A DNA stretch of 32,000 nt. It comes from Candidatus Nanobsidianus stetteri. Lineage in GTDB: Archaea; Nanobdellota; Nanobdellia; Nanobdellales; Nanobdellaceae. The stretch lies in the NCBI GenBank assembly GCA_000387965.1, contig APJZ01000004.1:6136-38135 (forward strand). The letters run 5' to 3'. Each line of letters begins with the position of its first letter. Positions within the stretch are counted from its first letter, which is position 1. The notes under the pieces are model-generated. The model had not been told where the DNA came from. It saw only the letters and a list, made by a program, of their open reading frames with translations, and searched no databases. Position numbers and translations under genes: made by a program. Below are positions 1-8,221 of this stretch, piece after piece.

Positions 1-304
1 ATAATACTTCATTACGTGATATTGTAAATAGATTACCAATAGAACTTTCATTCATACTTTTCGAAACTTTATCTGCAAAATTTTTTATATGAGATTTTAT
101 AATATAAATTGTTCCTGAATCATACCTTCCACCAATATTCTCATTTATTCTATCTTTTCCATATTTCTGTATTAATAATTCTGGAGATTCCAATATTATT
201 AATTTTAGTCCTTCAACTTTTATACCATTCTTATTGAAATATTCTATAGCTTCTTCAAAACTCTTTTCTATAATATAATCTAAATTATATTCGTCTTCTG
301 ACAT
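1..304 (-). CDS. hypothetical protein, N-terminal part only (gene continues past the left edge); paralog of ORF 389-1393
   Basis: Not in the supplied track. My hand translation of the reverse strand is open from the ATG at 302-304 down to base 1 (MSEDEYNLDYIIEKSFEEAIEYFNKNGIKVEGLKLIILESPELLIQKYG...). The first ~45 aa align with the N-terminus of ORF 389-1393 (shared Y.L..II, EY, GI, G..L.ILES..LL). A TTTATAAA box at 327-334 is centred ~26 nt upstream of the ATG. Confidence 0.6.
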   Translation of the reverse strand, partial: MSEDEYNLDYIIEKSFEEAIEYFNKNGIKVEGLKLIILESPELLIQKYGKDRINENIGGRYDSGTIYIIKSHIKNFADKVSKSMNESSIGNLFTISRNEVL

Positions 305-388
305 TACTATATAATAGTAGCAAAAGTTTATAAATTTTTATTATTTAAAATTTAGTACATTCAAAAATATATTTCATTATTTTTTAAA

Positions 389-1393
389 CTAATAATATGC
401 AATTTTAGTTACAGCATCTAATGTAGATAAATTTCTAACTTCTTTTATAACATCTTTTATATTTAAACATAATGATTCTTTATTTCTATCTATAATAATA
501 CTTGCATAACAATATCCTAAATCATAAGAAGCTCTTCTAAGTGCATTAATATAATCTTTTAGTAATCTTTTTGGAAAATTTCCCATAGCTGCAAAATAAT
601 CCATGGTTGCTAAGTTCCAAATATAGTTTTTACATTTTATTATATTTTCTTCTATGATTTCATATGTTTTCGAATGCTCTAGTAAATTGTACATATCAAT
701 GTAAGTTATATATTGTAAAGCAGAAACTGATAATTCCGGATTTGCCAATTCTTCTATATTAAAAATAAAATGTTCCTCTTCATGGATTTTAACATTAACA
801 GCAATAGCTTTTGCTATATCTTTTTTTATATTTTTGCCATCTGTATATAAGGGAGCAGATGCTACATCAAATATCGGAGATCCCAATCTAATGATAGATG
901 GTCTATTTATATTTATAAGATCCACTCTATATAACGTTTCATCTATACTCTTTTCTAATCGGTCTTTTATAATGTAAATTTCTTTTGTTTCTGGTACACC
1001 TATTGCAAGAGGTTTGCTATTTTCTATAGAATGTATAATATCTTCAAGTATCTTCTTATTTAATTCATTTATATCATCTGTATTATATATTTGCTTTAAT
1101 AAATATATCTCACCTATATAAAATTCCTTAAGATTTTTTTCATTTATTATATATATATTATCATAATTAGATATTTGCTCCAATAAAATTTTATCAATTG
1201 TATTAAGCTTTTGCTTTAATTTATCTTTTTTATATGTTTTTATCATATAGTACAATTCTGATAATAATTTTGAAGATTCTAATATCCTCAGTCTTACGCC
1301 TTTAATTTCTATACCAGTCCTTTTAAGATACTCTTTAAATTCTTTATGAGCTTCTTTTATAATATCGTACAAACCATATTTATCTGTTGTCAT
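389..1393 (-). CDS. hypothetical protein carrying an HEEEH (HExxH-type) motif; paralog of the partial gene at 1-304
   Basis: 334-aa ORF with its own TTTATAAT box (1415-1422) about 25 nt upstream of the ATG. HEEEH lies at residues 204-208 (nt 770-784, reverse strand CAT GAA GAG GAA CAT). I recognise no family beyond that motif. Confidence 0.7.
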   Translation of the reverse strand: MTTDKYGLYDIIKEAHKEFKEYLKRTGIEIKGVRLRILESSKLLSELYYMIKTYKKDKLKQKLNTIDKILLEQISNYDNIYIINEKNLKEFYIGEIYLLKQIYNTDDINELNKKILEDIIHSIENSKPLAIGVPETKEIYIIKDRLEKSIDETLYRVDLININRPSIIRLGSPIFDVASAPLYTDGKNIKKDIAKAIAVNVKIHEEEHFIFNIEELANPELSVSALQYITYIDMYNLLEHSKTYEIIEENIIKCKNYIWNLATMDYFAAMGNFPKRLLKDYINALRRASYDLGYCYASIIIDRNKESLCLNIKDVIKEVRNLSTLDAVTKIAYY

Positions 1394-1465
1394 TAATATA
1401 CAGTAATAAAAAAGTTTATAATTCTTAAATTTTTATCATCTAACTTTTTTATCAAATTTAATAAT

Positions 1466-2671
1466 TTATATAACAGCTAAAAATAATGGTAAATTGCTTT
1501 CATCTAAAATTATTACATCTTTTGGATAATTTTTATGAGCCCTTTTAGATTTAATTTCTATTTTTAAATTACTTGCAATAACATCTATCTCATAACTATT
1601 TCTATAATAATATACTTCCCCAAACCTTCTTTTTAAATGAGATTGTACAATCCATTCATATAATGCACTTTCTAGAAATTCTGTATTAGTCCATATACTT
1701 AAAGTTTTTGCCAAAAATGGATCTAATATAAAAAATTTTCTTTCTTTTCTCCAAATTATTTGTTTTTCTTTAAATAGAGCATAATCTAATATAAATAACC
1801 TTCTAAAAATTTCTATATAGTCTTCAACAGTCTTATAAGAAACCCCGACTTCATTTCCTATTGATGAAAAAGATAGAGGAGATGGAGCTTTAGATAAAAT
1901 TGTGGATATAATTGCCTTGGATAATTCAAGATTTCTTCTCGATCTTAAAATTTCATTTTCTATAGAACTTATAATTTGAAGACTTGTATCTTTATAACCA
2001 TTTATTGATAAAGGATATCCACCAGTTTCAATATAATTTTCAAATTCTTCAAATATTTTTGGTTCTAATCCAGATAGATTATTCATTCCTTCTAAAATGT
2101 TTTCATATTTATTTATTTTTATTCCTTTTATATTTAAATATTCTCTAAAACTTAAAGGATAAACATATATATCCTTTCCATTTCCCCTTCTACCGGGAAA
2201 TAATTCTACTTCTCCCTTTAATTTTATAGAAGAAGAACCTGTAATAGTTATAACATCATCTTTAAATTTTCCTATATCTATATATAATTTAATTGTTCTC
2301 CACCAATCATTTACATATGTAATTTCATCTAAGAAGATATATGATGTTTTTATATTTCTTTTTTCTTTTATTTTTAAATAATAATCAATTACTTTTTTTA
2401 ACTCTTCAAAATTTGTTAAATTTGAACAATCATAATAAAATATAGCCCAAGGATCCTTATTTTCTAATAATTTATTTATTAATAATTTTATTCCAGTTGT
2501 TTTACCAACCTGTCTGGGTCCTATAATAAAATTCAGTGAAAAAGGTTCTAAAGAAATATCTTTTAACCATTCAGGTATCCATCTCATTTTCATATTTTCC
2601 CATCTTTCTATTACTATATCCTTTTGATTAATATACCATGGGTTAAAGTAATATAATAGTTCATCATTCAT
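1466..2671 (-). CDS. AAA+ ATPase of the AAA_14 / DUF4143 type
   Basis: Walker A GPRQVGKTT and Walker B-like IFLDEITYV followed by NDWW. The ~400-aa length and the N-terminal pattern (YYFNPW...) are typical of archaeal/bacterial AAA_14 + DUF4143 ATPases. Confidence 0.85.
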   Translation of the reverse strand: MNDELLYYFNPWYINQKDIVIERWENMKMRWIPEWLKDISLEPFSLNFIIGPRQVGKTTGIKLLINKLLENKDPWAIFYYDCSNLTNFEELKKVIDYYLKIKEKRNIKTSYIFLDEITYVNDWWRTIKLYIDIGKFKDDVITITGSSSIKLKGEVELFPGRRGNGKDIYVYPLSFREYLNIKGIKINKYENILEGMNNLSGLEPKIFEEFENYIETGGYPLSINGYKDTSLQIISSIENEILRSRRNLELSKAIISTILSKAPSPLSFSSIGNEVGVSYKTVEDYIEIFRRLFILDYALFKEKQIIWRKERKFFILDPFLAKTLSIWTNTEFLESALYEWIVQSHLKRRFGEVYYYRNSYEIDVIASNLKIEIKSKRAHKNYPKDVIILDESNLPLFLAVI

Positions 2672-2672
2672 A

Positions 2673-2725
2673 TTAGAATTAATACTTCTAATATATTTAT
2701 AAATCGTTAGAAGTCATACTTCTAG
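2673..2725. promoter_or_regulatory. promoter of the ATPase gene: TATA box (TTTATAAA, 2696-2703) bracketed by two copies of a 19-bp palindrome TTAGAA-N7-TTCTAR
   Basis: Site 1 is 2673-2691 (TTAGAAttaatacTTCTAA). Site 2 is 2707-2725 (TTAGAAgtcatacTTCTAG). The copies match at 16 of 19 positions and are offset by 34 nt. The TATA centre lies ~28 nt from the ATG at 2671. Confidence 0.45.
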
Positions 2726-3072
2726 TAATATTTGGGTACTTTCATTCTTACATTTATAATCTACAATATTTAGAACTAAAATCATTAATAATTTTATTTG
2801 CTTTATAATAATATGTAGAATTTTTGAGATATAATAAATTCAAATAAATCTTTTTTCCATTATTAAAGTTAAATTTTAATACATAATTATCATCTCTTAA
2901 GATAAATTTTTCCATACCATTAAAAGGAAATTCTTTTATTATTTTTACAAAATATAATCAATAAAAATTTCGAAAGATACCAATATAAAGGTTAAAAATA
3001 TTCAATCTTAATGAAAATTTTAGCTGAATATTATAGTAAAAAGTTTTTAAATATTATATTAAAGTTATAAAA

Positions 3073-3705
3073 ATGGCGAACGAAGATTCTATAGGAAAAG
3101 CTCTAACTAGAGTTATTATATATTCAGTAATATTTGTAATAGCCATGGGAATAGTACAGTGGTTCTTCACAGCAGGATTACAAATATTATATAATATGAC
3201 AGGAATTGGAGCAATTTTAGGATTGGAGAATTATTCAATATATGCTATTATCCTTGTATTGATTATATTTGGGTGGTTTGTAATAGTCGCAGTAGCATCA
3301 ATGTTTTATGCAATATTTAAACCAAAGTATGGAGAATCTACAGCTTCTGCAATAAGAAGTTTAATAAAAATTTTAGGAATTGGTGGTCTATTTGCAGGTA
3401 TTGCTGGTGCAGTTGGAGGTGGTGTTGCAGGAGTAGCATTGGGTGGTTTTATTGGTATGGTAATAGGTTTCGCAACACAGCAAATCTTAGGTCAGGCTAT
3501 TGCTGGAATATTCTTATTATTAAGTAGACCGTTTGAAATCGGAGATGTTATAGATGTAGCTGGGGAAACAGATATAAAAGTACTAGATATAAATGCAATG
3601 TTTACAAAAGCATTGAGAACTGATGGAAATATAGTATTAATTCCAAACAATATGATAATTTCACAAAAGATAGTAATAAAAAAGAAAAATAATGAACAGA
3701 AATAA
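3073..3705 (+). CDS. small mechanosensitive ion channel, MscS family
   Basis: N-terminal TM helices and a Gly/Ala-rich pore helix (GIAGAVGGGVAGVALGGFIGMVIGFATQQILGQAIAGIFLLLSRPFEIGDVI). The conserved RPF.vGD motif and beta-domain start (VLDINAMFTKALRTDGNIVLIPNN) are characteristic of MscS. Confidence 0.8.
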   Translation: MANEDSIGKALTRVIIYSVIFVIAMGIVQWFFTAGLQILYNMTGIGAILGLENYSIYAIILVLIIFGWFVIVAVASMFYAIFKPKYGESTASAIRSLIKILGIGGLFAGIAGAVGGGVAGVALGGFIGMVIGFATQQILGQAIAGIFLLLSRPFEIGDVIDVAGETDIKVLDINAMFTKALRTDGNIVLIPNNMIISQKIVIKKKNNEQK

Positions 3706-3861
3706 TCTCTATATATTTTATAAATTTTTCTAAATTATTATCTAAATATTTTTCCTAAATTATATTCTAAAATTCTTCCATAATTTTCCATTTCTATAAA
3801 TAACTATAATCAATATTCATTTTAGAACTTATTTTTAAATTTCTAAAGATCTGAATAGAAT

Positions 3862-4290
3862 ATGGTTTCAATACCAACCTGGTTTATATATGCTTTAATA
3901 GGAGCAATATTTGCAGCTTTTTCACTACATTTGTCAAAATTGAGTTACAAAAACTAAATTCTATTACAGTAACAACCTTAAGATCAATCATTATGACAAT
4001 TATTATATTTATTATATTTATATTGGAAGTTAGAAATATAAACAACCTATTTAATTTGTCTAACAAAGATTTATATTTGTAATATTAAGTGCTCTATTTG
4101 GTGCCTTTTCCTAGATCTCCTTCTTTTATGCATTAAAAATTGGAAAATCTAGTAATATTAACATAATAGATAGATTAAACTTTTTATTTACAGTTTTATC
4201 GAGTCTTATAATATTAAATGAAGAATTAATAATCCGAAAGTTATTGCTAATATATTAATATTTACTGCTTTAGTATTATCGGTTATATAA
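3862..4290 (+). pseudogene. degraded EamA/DMT-type small membrane transporter
   Basis: Four collinear pieces read like one ~140-aa EamA-domain protein. Piece 1: MVSIPTWFIYALIGAIFAAFSLHLSKLSYKN, stop at 3955-3957. Piece 2 (shifted frame): NSITVTTLRSIIMTIIIFIIFILEVRNINNLFNLSNKDLYL, stop at 4080-4082. Piece 3 (shifted frame): ILSALFGAFS-TAG-ISFFYALKIGKSSNINIIDRLNFLFTVLSSLIILNEEL, where the TAG sits where this family has Trp. Piece 4 (shifted frame): VIANILIFTALVLSVI, stop at 4288-4290. Confidence 0.7.
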
Positions 4291-4304
4291 GATTTTAATA
4301 ATTT

Positions 4305-5327
4305 TTAGTTAGAATTATAATTATTAATCATATAGTTTATTAATTCATTAACATATGGATTACTCCATAGTCCGAAAGGATCACCATTAGCTCCATTCCA
4401 ATCATATATTCCAATTATATCTATACCCATTCCATGTAGCTGATTAATTATAGCTTCATAATATTTTATTGTAGCTTGATATCCTTGTTCAGAAGGACCA
4501 TTCCAATATCCCAGACCTTCAGAACTTATATAACCTTCTAAATCTCCATTTCTAAATCCCAATTCACCTATGAAAAATTTAATATTATTTTCATCTGCAA
4601 ATTGTTTATATTGCATAATAATGTTTATCATATATTTATTCATCGAAATATTTCCGTTATTATAAATATAATTTCCATATACTTCTAAACCAATCATATC
4701 CAATTTTATTCCATAATTATTTAACAAATAATTATATAATTCCACTATTCTTGTTGAATTTCCCATATCTACATAATAAAATAAATTTGCTTTTGGTAAA
4801 TAATTTTTCATTAAAGAATAATAATATGCTAACTGCTCTATTGGAGCTTTATCAATTTCACTAAATCCAATAACAATATTTTCTCCTCCATTAGTAATAT
4901 TTGATAAGTATTCTAAAAATTCTCTAATATTTTGATCATATTGTGATAAGTTTGTAATATTATCTCTATTAGTTGTAACAAACAAATTTATATAAATTGG
5001 TTTTTTATTTTTATTATTTTCATATAAATATAATATTTGATCTAAAGAATGTGTATAATTATCATTAAAAGTTACTATAACACCTTCTGTAATGGGGGAA
5101 TTGCTTTGAAAATAAGAATTCAATAGTTTATAAGTTCCATTGCCAGGTCCCCATGGAACATTCCAAAATATATATTGCGGATTATTCAAATTATTTGAAA
5201 TATTTTGATTTAAACTATTATTTATTCCATATTTAAAAATTAATGTTCCTAAAGTAGTTCCCACAATAAATCCAGCCAATCCAAATCCTATTAATTTCAA
5301 AAAACCTCTCCTATCTTTATCTATCAT
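4305..5327 (-). CDS. exported or membrane-anchored protein with a twin-arginine signal; possible TIM-barrel (clan GH-A-like) glycoside hydrolase
   Basis: The N-terminus MIDKDRRGFLKLIGFGLAGFIVGTTLG matches the Tat consensus (RR.FLK plus h-region). The body has alternating beta/alpha character, with FIGELGF (nucleophile-like GE.G strand end), GFSEID and IGIYDWN strand ends. The hydrolase assignment is weak. Confidence 0.6.
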   Translation of the reverse strand: MIDKDRRGFLKLIGFGLAGFIVGTTLGTLIFKYGINNSLNQNISNNLNNPQYIFWNVPWGPGNGTYKLLNSYFQSNSPITEGVIVTFNDNYTHSLDQILYLYENNKNKKPIYINLFVTTNRDNITNLSQYDQNIREFLEYLSNITNGGENIVIGFSEIDKAPIEQLAYYYSLMKNYLPKANLFYYVDMGNSTRIVELYNYLLNNYGIKLDMIGLEVYGNYIYNNGNISMNKYMINIIMQYKQFADENNIKFFIGELGFRNGDLEGYISSEGLGYWNGPSEQGYQATIKYYEAIINQLHGMGIDIIGIYDWNGANGDPFGLWSNPYVNELINYMINNYNSN

Positions 5328-5343
5328 TATTTAATATAAAAAA

Positions 5344-6333
5344 TTACAAGTTCGAAAAAAGAGAAGTACCTTGACTTTGTATTAACACTATATATGTACC
5401 ATAATAATCATTTATTTCATATACTGGATATTGTTGACCTTGTTGACTCTGATAAGTACCTATCTGCTGTACATTTGCAATAGTATCTACATGCAAAATT
5501 CCTCCACTTGATGGGTTTGAATTACCTGGAGTTCCGAGAATATAATCAGCCAAGTTAATGTCATTTCCTACACTATTTACTTGCTGTCCGTCTTGATATA
5601 ATATTATTACACTACCAATACCATTAATCCATTCCCAAAGACTATTTGAATATGGACCTTGATTTGAGGTTGGCATTACTACCATAGCATTTCCATTCAA
5701 TAAATTCTGGAATGCATTATATACATCTTGCCAATCTCTATCCGAAATTACTATATTATAAGGTATTTGTGAATCTGGTAAAATCCACTCACCATTCTGT
5801 AGAATAGCTTGACTTAAACCTGCTCTTCCCAATACTAAATAAACTTTATAATTAGTTCCATACTGTCGATTATAAGCATTTACTGCCGATAAGATATTTC
5901 CTATGTTAATATTTCCATTCGATACATATTTAATAGGAATTTTCATTTGTAATTTTGTGTTCGTAAGATAATCATATACTGTTAGATATGCATTATTGAT
6001 ACCTATTTGTGCACCTGTTAATTTTAAAGGTATAAATTGTTTATTGCTATTTCCAAATAATATTTGCTCCAAACTTTGTGGTTGACTTTGTGGTTGTGTC
6101 GTCGTTGTTGTAGTTGTATTCGTTTGTGTTGTAGTTCCTGTAACTGTTTCTGTAACCGTTGTATTTGATGTATATGTTTCAGTTACTGTAATGGTTACTG
6201 TTTCTGTTGCATTTCCTTCATATATTATTTCATTAGTTTTAGGTGAAGATAAATAACCTCCTACAAATCCTCCAAGAAACCCTGCTCCTGAAATCAATAA
6301 AGCCTTTAGGAAATCTCTTCTAGTGAGCCCCAT
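5344..6333 (-). CDS. exported or membrane-anchored protein with a twin-arginine signal and Thr-rich linker; function unknown
   Basis: MGLTRRDFLKALLISGAGFLGGFVGG is a textbook S/T-RR-x-FLK motif. It is followed by a linker (TETVTITVTETYTSNTTVTETVTGTTTQTNTTTTTTTQPQSQPQS) and a ~230-aa globular domain. It lies 16 nt upstream of the next Tat-signal gene on the same strand. Confidence 0.7.
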   Translation of the reverse strand: MGLTRRDFLKALLISGAGFLGGFVGGYLSSPKTNEIIYEGNATETVTITVTETYTSNTTVTETVTGTTTQTNTTTTTTTQPQSQPQSLEQILFGNSNKQFIPLKLTGAQIGINNAYLTVYDYLTNTKLQMKIPIKYVSNGNINIGNILSAVNAYNRQYGTNYKVYLVLGRAGLSQAILQNGEWILPDSQIPYNIVISDRDWQDVYNAFQNLLNGNAMVVMPTSNQGPYSNSLWEWINGIGSVIILYQDGQQVNSVGNDINLADYILGTPGNSNPSSGGILHVDTIANVQQIGTYQSQQGQQYPVYEINDYYGTYIVLIQSQGTSLFSNL

Positions 6334-6443
6334 ATAACAATAATATCAAAACATTTTATAAATTTTTCTATCCCAACAGTCATTTGATAATAATAAATAT
6401 ATCTTATACGAATATCATTTAAAAATTCTACAAAAATAACTTA

Positions 6444-7082
6444 TCAGATATTTTCTAATATTCTTTTAATTTCTAATAATTTACTTTGTAGTAACTTATA
6501 TTTATTAATTATTTCTTCCTTTTCTCTACTAATTTTATCTAAATCAGATTTTATTCTACCAATTTCTATTTGTAAACTTTTTATTGTTTCCTCTTTATTA
6601 TTTATTATATTTTTTAGTTCATCCCTTTCCCCTTTTAATTTTTCAATTTCTTCTTTAAGATTTTTTACTTGATTTTTTAGTTCATCCAATTCTTTATTAG
6701 AACTATTAAATGATAAAATTAGATTTAATTGTCCTGATTTTATCTTTTCATATGTTTCTATTATAAGAGAACCTGCCTTCGTTTTTCCACTAATATGATT
6801 TCTTATAGTTTCTTCGGATCTGCCCAATTCATCTGCAATTAAACTTATTGGCATTCCTGCTTTATATCTTGCATAAGCTGCTGCTGCAATTGCCAAACTA
6901 TCAATCCAGGTAGATCTTTCATTGGGGTCTTTTATTAATTCCAATATTTCTGGTCTATATAAAGTACCTATAATTAGAAATGTTTCTAATTTTTTTATAT
7001 CATTCTTTCCTAATGGATTTAATGGTATACTTTTAAAATCTATATCTATTTTTTCAGATTGTGTAGAAATAGTATCTACCAT
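6444..7082 (-). CDS. helix-turn-helix DNA-binding protein with a long C-terminal coiled coil
   Basis: HTH-like segment MPISLIADELGRSEETIRNHISGKTKAG. The C-terminal ~90 aa have a heptad-like charged pattern (ELKNQVKNLKEEIEKLKGERDELKNII...). A TTTATAAA box lies at 7106-7113. Confidence 0.6.
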   Translation of the reverse strand: MVDTISTQSEKIDIDFKSIPLNPLGKNDIKKLETFLIIGTLYRPEILELIKDPNERSTWIDSLAIAAAAYARYKAGMPISLIADELGRSEETIRNHISGKTKAGSLIIETYEKIKSGQLNLILSFNSSNKELDELKNQVKNLKEEIEKLKGERDELKNIINNKEETIKSLQIEIGRIKSDLDKISREKEEIINKYKLLQSKLLEIKRILENI

Positions 7083-7183
7083 AACAATATAGTTGTAAAT
7101 TAACTTTTATAAATCAAATAAAAGGGATAAAATATTAATATGAAAAAATAAATATAAACTATAGAATAAAAGATATTAAAAAA

Positions 7184-7552
7184 TTATTCCTTATCAACTT
7201 TCCAAATAGCAAACGCCAATAATATTTCTACTATATCTATTATCAATGTTATTTCAGCCAATACATTTGTAAATAAAGCATTTATATTACCTCCTCTAAT
7301 ATATTGAACATATCCTACGAATAATAATAATAACATTATTATCCAAAATATAATATTTGGCAAATAATATTTCTTCCAATTTAATAGGAATACTAGTCCT
7401 GATATTATAGATAATGCTACAAACATTCCTACAAATGCTCCAAATATTGGAAATACATTTACTGCTACTGCTCCTGCTACTAACATATGTACCCCAGCCC
7501 AAAAAGTTGCTAATAACATTCCAATCCAACCAATTATCTCTTTTACTTCCAT
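7184..7552 (-). CDS. small integral membrane protein (about four TM helices)
   Basis: 122-aa hydrophobic ORF with a TTTATAAA box at 7574-7581, ~25 nt upstream of the ATG. The same-strand ORF 7296-7529 in another frame is treated as spurious. Confidence 0.6.
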   Translation of the reverse strand: MEVKEIIGWIGMLLATFWAGVHMLVAGAVAVNVFPIFGAFVGMFVALSIISGLVFLLNWKKYYLPNIIFWIIMLLLLFVGYVQYIRGGNINALFTNVLAEITLIIDIVEILLAFAIWKVDKE

Positions 7553-7633
7553 CTTATAACTTTGTTATAAAGTTTTATAAAAATACTTTTTAACCCAAAT
7601 CTAAAAACCTTTATTATCTAATTTAAAAATAAC

Positions 7634-8089
7634 ATGAGACTTTGGTCTTTACATCCAAAATACTTAGACAAACTTGGCCTTTTAGGTTTATGGAGAGAAG
7701 CTTTATTAGCACAAAAAGTATTGCTAGGAAAAACAAAAGGATATAGAAATCATCCACAATTAATAAGATTTAAGAAAACAGAAGATCCAATATTATATAT
7801 AGGAACATATTTATATTATGTTTATTTAGAAGGAAAAAGAAGAGGATATAATTTTAATAAAGATAAAATAATTAAATATGATTTAAATTTAAAAATGCCA
7901 GTAACAATTGGTCAAATAAATTTTGAATTTCAACATTTGCTTGAAAAACTTAAAGTAAGAGATAAAGAAAAATATGAAGAAATAAAAGATGAAAAAACAA
8001 TAGAACCAAATCCAATATTTTATATTATTGATGGAGATATTGAAGAATGGGAAAAAGATAAAAAAGTTTTAAATAAAAAGAAGAAATAA
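7634..8089 (+). CDS. pyrimidine dimer DNA glycosylase / AP lyase family protein
   Basis: The N-terminus MRLWSLHPKYLDKLGLLGLWREALLAQKVLLGKTKGYRNHPQLIRF matches the conserved MRLWSLHP.YLD...L.ALWREALLAQ..L.G.T.GY..HPQL.RF signature I associate with this family. An oligo-T run (TTTTTATTTTT, 8092-8102) follows the stop. Confidence 0.7.
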   Translation: MRLWSLHPKYLDKLGLLGLWREALLAQKVLLGKTKGYRNHPQLIRFKKTEDPILYIGTYLYYVYLEGKRRGYNFNKDKIIKYDLNLKMPVTIGQINFEFQHLLEKLKVRDKEKYEEIKDEKTIEPNPIFYIIDGDIEEWEKDKKVLNKKKK

Positions 8090-8221
8090 GTTTTTATTTT
8101 TAAAAATTATCTAAAAATAAATCATATAAATATAATAAATCAAAACCAAGATAATAAATATTATTCTTAGTTCTAATTCATCAATATATAGTAAATGTTA
8201 AATATAAAAAATATTTTATAT

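Noticed and set aside
2754-2915. 53-codon ORF (MEKFILRDDNYVLKFNFNNGKKIYLNLLYLKNSTYYYKANKIINDFSSKYCRL) on the minus strand in the 400-nt spacer between the ATPase and MscS genes.
   Set aside because: It is below any reasonable length threshold for this composition and has no motif. An A/T-rich stretch upstream could pass for a TATA box but so could most of the spacer. It is worth a proteomics or Ribo-seq look, but it is not supportable from sequence alone.
3884-4066. Track ORF 3884-4066 (-), and ORF 7296-7529 (-) inside the 122-aa membrane-protein gene.
   Set aside because: The first lies antisense within the EamA-type pseudogene, whose sense-strand fragments are clearly homologous to a known family. 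The second is an out-of-frame overlap of a better hydrophobic ORF.
3862-4290. An alternative reading of the broken transporter gene: stop-codon read-through, recoding or an alternative genetic code.
   Set aside because: At least three changes of reading frame are needed as well as suppression of TAA and TAG. All other genes in the window use standard stops and uninterrupted frames, so pseudogenisation is the simpler explanation.
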